From the NCBI GenBank assembly GCA_016748015.1, contig JAAOMT010000139.1:62001-126000 (forward strand): DNA of 64,000 bases, read 5' to 3'. The notes under the pieces were generated by a model that was not told the DNA's origin, ran no database searches, and saw only the letters and a list, made by a program, of their open reading frames with translations. Below are positions 13,330 to 25,990 of this stretch, one piece after another. Each line of letters opens with the position of its first letter. Positions within the stretch are counted from its first letter, which is position 1. This DNA is from Geosiphon pyriformis uo1 (Eukaryota > Fungi > Glomeromycota). The translations under genes were made by a program, and so were the position numbers.

Positions 13330-14233
13330 TGTTACTGAAGGTTTTTGGTCTCTTTTCTTGAATGTTGTAACTGTCTGTTGGTTGCAAATTCACGTTTTCT
13401 AGAAGTAGTTGAACCTCCAATAACTGAATTTATCTTCAAATTATCTCCTATAATTTGAACTGCTGGGCTTATAAGTAGAATGGCCAATTCTGTGCCAGTT
13501 GCTTTGTGTAGTTATGTTGTAGTAAATGTCAACTCTTTCCCAGGAATTGCTCGTCTAGAAGCTCACTAAAAATGTGTAGTTACTTTGCTGTAAAAGTCAA
13601 CTCTTCTACAGGAATTTCATCTGTAGGCTACCCTAATAATTATAATAAGAAAAAGAAAGAAAATAAAAGAAATATAAAAGAAATAGAATTCTGTCAAAGA
13701 AAACGTAGCTAATCAATTTCGAAATGTTAGTTGGGTTTTAGAGATTTTCCAAGTGCAATAATTAAAGAATTTGGTTTTTCAAATTATTTGATATTTATTT
13801 CTTTCTGTGTGTGTAGGAATAGTTCTAAGTAATAAATCTAAAGTAAGATATATTTTCTTGAAGAGAAAAGCTCTTCTTTTATACAACTTGTTGTAGTACT
13901 AGTCTATGAACTTGCACTTTTTTCTTTGCTTAAATTTTGGCAAACTAAAGATATATTTTGATGAACTACAAGTTATTTCGCTGAACTATTGATTAATTTG
14001 GGTGAACTATTTATAATTTCGGCGAATTTTAGAATATTACAAAGTTCAGAGTATTGTGTAATTTGATCATCCTACTTTCTGTTATACTAATTAGATTATT
14101 TTAATTGAATCGTGATATGTGATAATTGATTAAATAATAATGATAATTTGAAATGATATTAATATACTAATTAATTATAGGAATTATAAGGGTAATTTCG
14201 TGCTAATTAATAGCTAAAATTCTACTTGTAACA
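13330..14233 (-). repeat. 5' LTR of element A (904 bp)
   Basis: Repeat of 4421-5389 lacking a 44-bp and a ~20-bp segment. Confidence 0.95.
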
Positions 14234-14785
14234 GTGGGAAAACATGTGTTATTAATTGTTATCAGATTTTATATGCTTGAGCCAGATAGCTACTGTTTGT
14301 TTCAACTTTGCTAAGTTATTGAATGCTATTATGAGAACCACACCAGTGCTTAAGAGTGCCAATTTGCACTGATCTTATCTGGTTTCTGCTAAGTGTACTA
14401 AATATAAGAATTTAGGTTATACATCTTTGGATTGTACAGTTGGTAGAAAATTTCTTTCAGGTACTTTACTATATTGAGCTTTTTCAGAAGCAGATAAAAG
14501 CAGATTGGTTATTATTTATACCAAATGTTTGGCTTCTGTTGCTTAACTGATCACTTTTGGTGGTGCTTTGTAAGTGAATATTGCTAGTAAATTCTCTTTC
14601 TTCTCTCTATTTGTATGAAATAATTTAGCTAATTCTGGTTTTTTTTAAAGATAAAATCCCCTCTGCTTGTTGCTAATGAGTTGGAATTATGTTTAGTTAA
14701 TATTAAAAGCAGACTTATCAGCCTTGTGAAACAAATTAGTAAGTTGGCTAAAAGATTAGAATTACTTGTGCCAGTAGTTTCCTAA
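14234..14785 (+). mobile_element. LINE-1 segment 2: middle of ORF1
   Basis: Resumes GKTCVI... after A; ends ...VPVVS and continues at 26986 (QSSLGC) after B and its TSD are removed. Confidence 0.85.
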
Positions 14786-15824
14786 TATTACTTGAGTAGA
14801 AAAACTGATCCGAAGTTATGAAAAAACATGACCAGAATGTGACATAATACAGAATAGTGTGCAAGAATATTGGATAACACATTATAACTTAGGATAGTGT
14901 AGAATAACGCATTACAACGTAGAATAACACAGAATAATACATAATAACACTAGATAATGGGTTATAATATAGAATAACTAGTAATAACATAAAAGAACAA
15001 AGCAATAACAGAAATAACAAAGCAAAAGTTAGCAATAATAAAACAATTAGAAGCAATCCTATAAAACCAAAAGAATATATAAAAGCAAGTAGTTGTAGAA
15101 GGTAGAAACAGACAGACAGATGGATATGAACCACTAAACAAGAATTAAATATCCATACCTTTTTATCATTTATTATATTTCATATTCATTTTTTAAAATA
15201 AATTAATTATTAAGAAATCAGAATTACAAATTCATGTTTTCAAACTTTGTAGAATTTATGTGAATTAACTATTGTTTCATATCTTCATTCCAAAACAGAT
15301 GTCCTTAGCATAACCATCTTGAATTATTAATGATTTGAACCAATTGTTCTTGATCATAGCAATTAATGATACTAATTTTTTTCTTTCTTTTATTTTTTTT
15401 TCTTTTTATTTTTTTTATTTATTTATTTTATTTTTTTGTGGAGTGACAACATAATAAAATCAATTGTCTGAGAATAGAATTCATGATAGCCTGGTAAAAA
15501 AAAAAGCTCCTCTTAGGTTTTTGGATATTAACATTATCTTGATAGCTTATCAGAAGGGCAAAAAGACAATGTCAAACCCTAATAACTGTGCTCGTTAGCT
15601 CAGAAAAAAAAGCTCATCTTTATAAGAAGTTGTAATCAATAAAAACCAAAACTCTATGCCTTATAACTAAAGAACTCAATAAGTAAATTCACAACCAATA
15701 AAATAAGATTTTTAGAGACTAATAATCAAGATTAAGCCATCAGAATTACATAAAACATGCCTTATTAATAATTGAGAGCACCAAACATTACCATCTCCCT
15801 ATCTCATCAAGTTTACCCATAACA
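14786..15824 (+). repeat. 5' LTR of element B (1039 bp), with internal ~11-bp ATAACACAGA-type repeats
   Basis: Direct repeat of 25942-26981; homologous to 45594-46565. Confidence 0.94.
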
Positions 15825-18800
15825 TTTAGTGCTTCCTGTGAGGTTATAAATTCACAGAGACAGAGCACTCTGAAAATTCACAAAAGTGGTGACTATTAGA
15901 ACAATAGGAAAGGATCACATCCTATACAAAAGAGCATTATTTCAACACTTTTGGAAAGACTTAGAAATACTTACAGAAATTGTTATTACAGAAAACCAAT
16001 TTTGTGATTATTTACATGTGAAAATCGACTGCTTTTTAGGCCAAATAACAGACACTGGGAAACTTAAAGAACAAATTCATCAAAAATTATTAGCCCACTC
16101 AATAAATACTATTACTCAAGCCATAGCTGAAACACTTCATATACTCGATAAAGATATTAAGTACTATGCAAAAAAATGCTACTCTCAAGTAAAACAACCA
16201 GCAAGACCCAATTCTAAAAAATACAAGTCTGAACCCAATAATACAACAGCTGCACAAGAACAAACTCACTCTACAGTTAACAAGAAACCAAAATTTTTTT
16301 CCCCAACAACTCCATTATATCATCAGATACTGGAAAGTAGAATTGTATTTAACCCAACCATGGAAACCTAGGCAAAAACACCATAAACTTCCAGAAATTA
16401 ACACTCATAGAGTCATAACAGTTGAATCAGATCTCTAGGAGAATATGGATTATTATTCAGAAACCTTACTCTAACAATCAATAAAATAGATGGAAATACA
16501 TTGAGATGGGAACCACTACCAACTCAACTCTTAACCAAATCATCAACTACCCTCTCCAAAAAAATAGCTATTCTTTAGCCCATTGGAAAAATTAACAAAG
16601 GGAAACAACCAAAATTAACACCAAGAGAACACCCTAGTATGCAAACACCAAATCCTTCAGCATTAACCAGTAAGACTCTACCTATTCATTAGATTATGGC
16701 TTACTGAGATATCACTAAATTAGAAAAATTCTCCAGTAAAGAAGATAATGCATATACATGGATTGTGGAAGCCAAAAAAGCCATCACCATCAACAATTGG
16801 AATAATAATAGAACCATTCAAGCATTGCCATTTTTTCTGACTAGAACTGCAGACTCATAGTATCAAAGCTTTGCAAAGAAACTAACTGACTTTGCCATCT
16901 TTAAACTTGCCTTTCTACAATACTTTTGTGATTCCAACACTCTTATTAGATTACAAAATTAGTTTAGTATCATAAAACAAAAAGATTATAAAGTAGTAAC
17001 CACTTATTTTGGACAATTCAACCAAATTTTTCATCAAATTTAGACCATTAAAAAGGACTATTACACTGTGGTACAAATTTTTAATCAATTCATCAAAAGA
17101 TTAAAGAGCAGCCTTCTCCAATCCATAAGATCCTGCCACCTGACAAACTTACAAGAGGCAGTTACTCTTGCTTGTGACTTTGAGTCAGCAAAACAAAAGA
17201 CTAATCATACTTAAGTCATTAATCTGGCTATTAATAGAACATCTAATATCAACACAAAAATAACTCAATTAAGTGAGAAATTAACTCAGAAAATTAAGGG
17301 ATTTTTAGCCAGTACTATAGGACCCTTCCAGCCACCACAACAAAGAAATAATAATAACAACAGATATCAACAACAACAGAATTGTTAGCAACAACAACAA
17401 TCTTAGAGATCTGATTCCTACAATTGTTACTATTGCCAGAAACCTGGACATATTGTCCAGAACTGCCATAAGAAAGTAATAGACCAAAATTAAGGAAACC
17501 AATATTAGCAACTGAAATATTTTCAAAACATGGTATTCTAATACTCTACATCTTAATATCAACTGCCTTAATACTCACAACAAATTCAGTATACTCAGCA
17601 ACCATTTCAGAACTACTATCAGTCATTGCAGCCAATAGCTCAAGCAGCACTTTAGTATCAAAATTCTGTTAATAACTAACTTAAACATTATGCAATTAAT
17701 TACAACCAAGAATGAAAAAATTTCAGCAACAATTAGATGCTGACTAATAGTGTACCATTGTGATTCCTAAATCATAGTAATGCCCTATATTAACTAGTAC
17801 CAACTGGATACTTTAATCAAGCCTCATATTTTGGTCTTACTGAAAACCAGAATTTTTATAGCTCTATATCTTTAAAAAAAAAGGATGTAGAAGAAACTCC
17901 CAACCCTTCAAGGTAAAATCAAATCAACAATACTATTCCATCTGTTGCTATTACTAAAGATACCACCCTTGCTGCTATCTTTCCCTTCAACATTAACAGT
18001 CTGAACACAAATAGTCTTTTCAGTGGAGCCATCATAAATTAAAACAAACTAATCATGGCCTTATATATTGATATTAGAGTTGAAAACATAGACATTAAAT
18101 TAATTCTTGATAGCAGATCAGCAGACAGTATAATAATGAAACAACTCATGGATTAATTAAGTTACCAAGTAGATTGTGCTGCAATTGTCTAAATTATTAT
18201 TGCAGATAGCAATACCAAAACCCCAATCAGAAAAATTAATATCTTCTCTTTCAAAATCAATAGAATCCAAATTTCTACAAAAGTTTTGATTATGAAAGCC
18301 ATACAATATCAAGCTCTTGTTGGAAATGACTGGTTGGCCAAAGCCCATGCTATTTTTGACTGGAACACACAGGAATTACAGATTACCTTTAATAGACAAT
18401 ATGTCCAAGTTCTGGCTACATGCAAATACTTCAAAGTTCAAAGCTTGGAGGAACTGTTAATTGAATTTAAAAACACAATACCACCACCAACCATAGAAAC
18501 TTATCAAGTTTTGTGGATAGACGAGTTTCAAACAGAGTTACCCCTATTATCAACTTAAGAAGAAAAACAAAAGAAGAACCACAATTGACACCTGCAGACT
18601 ATTCTGCTCCAAGTTAAAGAAATCAATAATATCAAACTCCAAAATTAATTTGTGTCGACTGTGAGAAAAAGTTATTCTATGGGTGTATATATTGGAAACA
18701 ATGAGAAATGGCCAACTGTTATTAAAATTACTGCAGATCTTGTGTGTTGGAAAGATTTGGCAGACCAAAATGACAAGGCAAATAGAACAATACACCATGC

Positions 18801-21800
18801 TTTGTTTATGACAAGATTCTGCCAAATAAAAGACTATAGAACAATGTTCCCAGCAGAGAAAGAACATATGATGAAGCATGTCAATACACTATCTTGATCA
18901 ATAATTGGATACAAAAAAGAACTCCAATTGATAATGCCTGAAAATAAGTGTTATGATAATTGGACAGGTATCTCTGTAATGAATATAAGATTTAGAGAAT
19001 GGTGAGTGCAAAAGCAGAGGGCACTACAACCAAGAAATTACTGAAAATTAAAAACAACCCTTTATCCCTTTTAGAACCTGAATATATTATGACTTTTGAC
19101 ATCTTTGGCAATATTAAGAACAATTCAAAATACTTTTACAAGCACTATCAGAATCTGGCACTAACTAGAGAAGAGCAGAAACAAAGACTAGCTGACTTAA
19201 ACATGAAACTGTGTGATTATTGTTTGATCTCTTACCACTTTTAGTACTGCAACAAATGCAATATCATGTTCAATCTGTCTCCAAAAAAACTATATTTGAT
19301 CACTGAACTACCAAAACCTAAGGTAAAAGAGAAATTAATTACCAAGAACATGTTATTTTAAGATCCAACTGAGGATACTGAAACAAAATAATATTTTGCA
19401 TATTCCAATCTATTCAAAGAATTAGAATTAAAATGATACAGTGACAATGAGAAAAAAATCTGCTCTAAAAAAGTGCATAACACTAATGCTGGTTTTAACT
19501 TATGATACCTTGGACAATCATCCATAATTATAGCCTTACATTCCTTTGTAAAAATAGATCTTAAAATAGTATTAGAAATTCTTATTAGTACAATGATACA
19601 AGTTGTCTTTCGATCTAGTCTAACCAAAAAAGAAATCAATGTAAAGAGAAGAATTATTGATGCTGGTTACACAGGAAACATTATAGTAATACTACAGAAC
19701 AATTCAAACAAACCCTATAAAATAGAATCACAAGAAAAAATTACTCAAGCTATCTTTCTACTCCTAATCAAAATACCCCAATTAATCTCAGTAACAACCC
19801 AAAGAGAATTAGGCTTTACCACTTGAGAAATTCAAAAATTTGGATCAAGTAAAAGAGGAAACATACTAATTAACTTCATGAAAGAAAATAGTAACCAGGT
19901 AAAACTTATCTACACTAACACAGTCATTTCTATTCCCTCTTATCAACAATATATCTTTAAGATAAATTAAAAGATGCAAAATCAAGTTCTGGTATTTGAA
20001 GCTGATACTAAAATCTGTTTTCTAACCAATATTGCTAACTTATACCTACTGGCCAAAGCTCATAAATACTTCAAAATCCTCATTCACAACCTCACAGAAG
20101 ATGTAATTGAAATCCCTGAAGGGACTCTTATTGGTTCTATTTCATTGAACATTTAACATTCTGAAAAACCTTAGCATATCCCAGATTTTGCGCAATTATT
20201 CTTATTTTGTGACATCACTTCACAAATATGGAATCAGCCAAAAGAAAGTTACTTGTTCACATTAGAAGAGATCAATAAATTAAATTTCAGGAACTTAAGT
20301 ACTCTACAGCAAATGCAACTCAAGATTCTTTTGAATCAATATGCCAATGTCTTTGTCAGTGAAAATGAGTTTGGATGCACTGACATTGTAAAGCATCAGA
20401 TTGATACAGAAAACACTTGACCTATTAAACAATAAGCTTACTGAGTACCTTTATCTGACAACAATCTTATCAAACAAGAAGTCCAACAAATGCTCAACAA
20501 TAGCTTAATTAAGGAATTATTAAGTCTTTGGTTCTCTTCAGTAGTTCTGGTTACCAAGAAAAATGGAAAAGTATGATTCTGTGTGGATTACTGAAAATTA
20601 AATAGCATCACTCAAGAAAATAGTTATCCCATTCTCCTCATCCAAGAAATCCTGAACAATTTAGGAAAAAAAAAATAGTTCTTATTATTAGATCTAGCTA
20701 GCAAATATTGGCAGGTTAAAATGAATCCCAAAAATAAAGAAAAAATGGCATTTACCACTTAAGACAAAAACTTCGAGTTTAATGTAATACCCTTTAAATT
20801 CTGCAATGTTTCTGCCATGTTTTAACATCTTATGGATGTCATGTACAAAGGAATTCTTTGGAAATCAGTTATAGTTTACTTAGATGACACAAATATGTTC
20901 TTTAAAACATTTGATGATCATTTACTGTACCTTCAACAAGTTTTCAAATGCCTTCAAAATGTCAGATTAAAACTCAATTCCAAGAAATGTTTCTTTGAGA
21001 AAACCAAGTTGAAATTCCTAGAACATGTAATCAGCAAAGACAAAGTCAAACCCAATCCAGACAAGATCCAAAAAGTTAAAGATTTTCTGGCCCCAATCAA
21101 CTTTCGAGAGTTATGAAAATTTTTAGAATTGGCAAAATACTATTGTCAATTCATTAAAGAGTTTTCAATGATCACAAAACCTTTTCACTACTTGTTGTTT
21201 AAATACATGCCATATCTATAAAAAAAAAACCAATAGAAAACATTCGACTATTTTAAGCAATGATTAATTACATCTCCAATCCTAATTTACCCAGATTTTA
21301 CTAAATGGTTTATTATCACTACAGATATCTCAAAAAATGCTCTAGGAGCAGTCTTATCACAGATAGAACCAGACAATAAAGAACATCCAATTGTCTATGT
21401 CAATCACAGCACTAGTCCAGCAGAAAAAAATTACAGCACAACAGATCTGGAATGTTTTGCCATTTATTGGGTCATAGAGACATGAAAACATTACTTCAGC
21501 TTGTTTTTTGACCTATATACTGATCATAAAAGACTTGTTTAATTACTCAACAATCCACAACTAAAAAAAAATATGCAAGATGGAGTACTTATTTGCAACA
21601 ATTCCCATTCAAAGTTCATTACAAAGAAGGATATAAAAACACCAATGCCAACAGTTTGTCGAGAATACTACAAACCTAATTCCAGACCTATAGATATATT
21701 CACTTATCAATAAATACATTAGTACTTATTGACACTATCTTTCAAGGAGATATTATCTCAACAGAAACAAAGTACCATATAAAAACAAGCCTAAAATTAT

Positions 21801-22764
21801 TTTATTCAAGACAACCAACTATATTAATAAGAACACCAAAACTGTTCTACTCCATAATAAGTTATAAAAAACAATGAAAAAGAAACTATATTACATAGTA
21901 TGCATTCTGATCCAACTACAAAACACTTTAATAAAGATGCTACTTTCAAAAGAACACTAAATTTATACTATTGGCTAACAATATACAAAGACATTTTTGA
22001 ATATGTGCTTAATTGTGACTTATATTAGCAAAGAAAAGAAGCAAGACCAACAGAACCACTTCAATCTATTTCAGTTGGAAATTCATTTAATAGAATTGGG
22101 ATTGATTTGGTTGGATCTCTCTTAATTACATCTCAAGGAAATCACTATATTACTGTAGTCATAAACTATTTTACAAAATAGCCAGAAACCAGAGCAATCA
22201 AAGTGACCAATGCCAAAACAGTAGCTGAATTTGTGCATTAAAACCTAATTTGCTGACATAGATGCCTAAAAGAATTATTATCTGATCAAAAAACACATTT
22301 TGTTAATAATACACTAACTAAACTAAGCCAAAGATTTGCAATAAAGTAATCTTTATTATTACCATACCACTCACAAACAAACAGATTGGTAGAACAATTT
22401 AACCAAATACTGTGCAAAGCATTAGCAAAAATAAGTTATGAAAACAAACAAGAATAGAACTTATTCATATCTTCTGTACTCTTTGTATACTGAATATTGA
22501 AACAAAATACAACTTAGTTCACATCATTTGAACTAGTCTATAAAAGAAAAGCTACATTACCAATTGAACAAGTAATATTATCATATTCAACAGAAATAAT
22601 TAATGAAGAGAATTTTGAAGCTATAGTGAACTCTTTTTATAATCACATCTTTTAGTCAGCATATTTGTGGTGACTATAGAAAGATGAGACTATAAAAAAT
22701 GATTAATATCTTATCACATGATCTATATATTACATGCATAATATAATAACTAATTATATATATT

Positions 22765-23200
22765 TTATTTAAAAAAGCTATCTATTTGCAACTGTTTTTT
22801 CTCTTCTTGAACTTTGAGAACAGTATTATGAATTAATGTTTTCAAAGTTTTAAAAAAGTCTGAATCAACTTTTTCACTATACTGTTCTTTACAATGGTGC
22901 AATGTATTTTTAAGTGCAGTTTTATCTTGATGTGTAAATAACAAAAACAAAGATTCATCTTCATCTTCACTTTTTAAATCTTTATTTGCATTAGAATTTC
23001 CATTATACTTGTTGTTAATAAGATCCACAATTTTATTCTCTGAGGCATAAGTGAATAATGGTTCAAACTTGTTAATATTAATGAAGTTTATTGCCAATAG
23101 CTTGTCAATATCAACATACTCAATAAGAACTTGTACTTCTTGTAGGAGTTCTTGTTCAATATCTAATAGATGGACTGGTATTTGACTATTATTTAGAACT
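22765..23200 (-). pseudogene. C-terminal remnant of a pogo/Tigger-type transposase
   Basis: Acidic stretch SEDEDE followed by a helical region ending KKQLQIDSFFK*, a QxxIxxFF PIP box typical of pogo transposase C-termini; lies next to the TIR. Confidence 0.7.
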
Positions 23201-23209
23201 ATGATTCAA

Positions 23210-23734
23210 AAAAATTTGACCACTTTACTCATGTTCTAATCAATGTATTTGCCATTAAAGTAACAATAATTTATCTAATTTATTGCTCCAGAATCTCTTA
23301 CATTAGCTGCCTTTTGATACAATTTGACAGCTTAATCCATGTTCTAATTGACGCATTTGTCATTAAAGTAGCAATGTCTTAATCAAGTTATTGCTTCAAA
23401 ATTCTCTATATCACTTGTCTTTTGATACAATTTGACAGCTTGATTTATGTCCTGATTAACACTTTTACCATATTGATAGCAATGACCTAATCGAGTTATT
23501 GCTTTAGAATTCCCTGCATCAACAGTCTTTTGATATAATTCGACCCCTTGACTTTTGTTCTAATTAATACCTTCATTATGCTGATAGCAATAACCTAAAT
23601 TGTTCATTGTAGCAGAATTCTCTACATTACTTGTCTTTTAATATAATTTGACAGCTTGACCCATGTTCTAATTAACATCTTTGCCATAAAAGTAGCAATT
23701 TTTTAATTTATTTATTGCTATAAAGTTTCCAGTA
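23210..23734 (-). pseudogene. Sel1-like repeat (SLR) array, ~5 x 36 aa (108-bp period)
   Basis: Manual translation: ...ATMNNLGYCYQHNEGIN*NKSQGVELYQKTVDAGNSKAITRLGHCYQYGKSVNQDINQAVKLYQKTSD..., matching A..NLG.CY..G.GV..D...A..LYQKAA..G. Confidence 0.92.
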
Positions 23735-23794
23735 TTTAAACAGAATAGATGGTAAAAATCTAATTTGAGATTTTTACATTTTTAAAAAATACCT

Positions 23795-24180
23795 CCAAAC
23801 AGCCACAACAATTAACATGGCAATGATAATTCAGTTTGTTTATCTTCCAATAGTCTTAACAATTAATGCGACAATGATAATTCAGTCACTTATCTCCTAA
23901 TGACTTTAACAATCAATACAACAATAATAATCAGATTCACTTACCTTTGGATGGTCTCAGTAATCAATACAACAATAGTAATTCACTTACTTTTAGACAG
24001 CTACAACAATCCACATGAATATATTAATCAAATTTGCTTATCTCTAAATGGTTATGGCAATTAATGTAACAATGATAATCAGATTTATTTACTTTTGAAT
24101 AGCCTTGACAATCAATGTAACAATGATAATTTACTTCACTTATCTTTGGATAGTTATGGCAATTATCACAGCAATGCTAA
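23795..24180. repeat. Degenerate tandem array, ~7 units of ~51 bp (17 codons)
   Basis: CAATGATAAT-like anchors at 23821, 23872, 23922, 23973, 24070 and 24121. Confidence 0.85.
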
Positions 24181-25169
24181 ATAAATTACTTAGTGGCTTG
24201 GGCAATTATTCAATATTTGCCACTAAGGCAAAGCAGAACATACTATTTTACACTAATTTGTTTGTTGTAACTTTTAAATTATACCAATAAAATAATAAAT
24301 TAATAAATAAAGCAAATAATAATAGATTAATATAAGTCTTATTATTGTAATACTTAAATGCAAAATAGTGTTAATATTTTAAAATAATATTTGAAGCACC
24401 TTTTATAATCTGAAATACCTTACATGTTTGATTAAATATGAGATGACATCTAATGTTCATATCTAATATCATATGATTATAGTGTGACTATAGAGAGTAG
24501 AAATTACTTATATTCTGTTATCATATTTGTGAGAATAGAGACTATAAAGAGATATATATAGTAAAAGTAACTATAAAAAGATAATATTACATATAAATAG
24601 TTTTGGTTTTTAAAAAAATGTGATTATAAGAAAATAGTAACTATAACCAGAAAGACTATAAAGAAAGTTTACTGTATCTTACATTAAAGAACATACCAGC
24701 TAATAAAAATATTGGATGACAATCAAAGAATAGCAGCTGACAATATTAGTTATACTCAAAAATAACAAAAAAAAAGACATGATAACTGCCTACCAGAACA
24801 ACCAATAGAATTCAAGATTGAAGACCAAGTACTGTTATATCATACAAAAGCTAAAAAACAATGGAGTGGAAAGTTTAACTCAAAATAGAACAGTTCATTC
24901 CACATACATGAAGTTTTAGGAAATAAAGCTTACAAATTATGATTGGAAGACAGGATTTTAAAAAAAGTAGCATATGGAAATCAGTTAAAAATTTATCATA
25001 CAAAACAGGAATTATTATTATCAATACCTTAGCTAGAAACACAAATTTCATTAATCAGACCAAAAGATATATTATAAGATCTGAAACCAATCATCATCAT
25101 TGAAATGTAGACAATGTGCAACAAATTAAATTAGGAAATTCAAATATATATAGCATCTAAAAAATAGCA

Positions 25170-25990
25170 AAAAATGATAGAACTTTCAACATAAACTTAT
25201 CAGATCAAATTTTACAACTCTCAAAACAACTATTTGACACAATTCAACAATTTTCTGCTCAAATAGAAGTGACAATTAATAGAGAAAAAATATGCTATAA
25301 AGATAAGAACAAGAAAGGGATGAGTACGAGTTCAACTAGAACTAATTATTCTCATCTTTACATCCTACTTAAGAAATAAATTTTACAAAAAGAAATTAAA
25401 TTGTCTTAGGTGGAGCTTGAAAAAAGAGTAAAGGAATGAAAAAAAGTTTATAAAAAAAGATACTTGGTTTCTGAGCTCAAAGAAATCAAAGAAGTTTTAG
25501 TTCATAGGATTGATCTTCCCAAAACAGAGAATAAACACCAGACAATACAAAAAAATAGAAAGAAAGACTTCTTCCAGCTTATTGGTTCTACAAAATAAGT
25601 AAACAATTAGATTTAAAGATGCCATATAGAGACTTTAACCAAAAAACTTTCAACAAAAAAGCAATACAACAAGTAGAAAAATTCATAGAAAGAAGCAACC
25701 TGACCTTATATTACAAAGCAGTATACTGACTATATGCTGCTTTCCAACATTGTTTAAATGTACTGTTATATGGATTTATAAAGACAATAACAGTTAACAA
25801 CATAGAATAAATTACTAATTGACAGTTTGAAGACCTAAAAAAAACAATACTTGATGCAACCATCAAACATTACACAAATAAAGACATAGGAACAGATACA
25901 TACAATTTCACAGAAACTCAATTCTAAAAAGAGAGAGATAATATTATCCAAGTAGAAAAACTGATCCAAAGTTATGAAAAAATGTGACCA
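25170..25990 (+). pseudogene. Element B 3' accessory ORF (ORF3 homologue, frameshifted)
   Basis: ILQLSKQLFDTIQQFSAQIEVTIN... and YYKAVY*LYAAFQHCLNVLL...FEDLKKTILDATIKHY align with ORF3 of A/C/D; the frame runs through the PPT into the LTR. Confidence 0.7.

Larger units (their letters stand above)
4421..14233 (-). mobile_element. Full-length Ty3/Gypsy LTR retrotransposon A (inactivated)
   Basis: TG...CA LTRs at 4421-5389 and 13330-14233, PBS and PPT present, domain order gag-PR-dUTPase-RT-RH-IN on the minus strand, 4-bp TSD ATGG (4417-4420)/GTGG (14234-14237). Confidence 0.96.
22624..24674 (-). mobile_element. Non-autonomous Tc1/mariner (pogo-like) DNA transposon carrying cargo
   Basis: TA duplication at 22622-22623 and 24675-24676; degenerate TIRs (left TAGTGAACTCTTTTTATAATC, right reverse complement CAGTAAACTTTCTTTATAGTC); repeated subterminal GACTATA motifs; precise excision restores the integrase frame. 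Confidence 0.9.
15886..25110 (+). pseudogene. Element B gag-pol polyprotein; integrase interrupted at 22623/24677
   Basis: Same domain order as A, C and D. Removing 22624-24676 restores EENFEA|ILH*RTYQLIKILDDNQRIAADNI, homologous to ENFQETLQRRAYTL...IAATHI in A. Confidence 0.9.

Noticed and set aside
14889-15134. Hydrophobic 81-aa ORF (also 25835-26020, 45556-45858)
   Set aside because: Arises from short A-rich repeats in B-family LTRs; not conserved between LTR copies.
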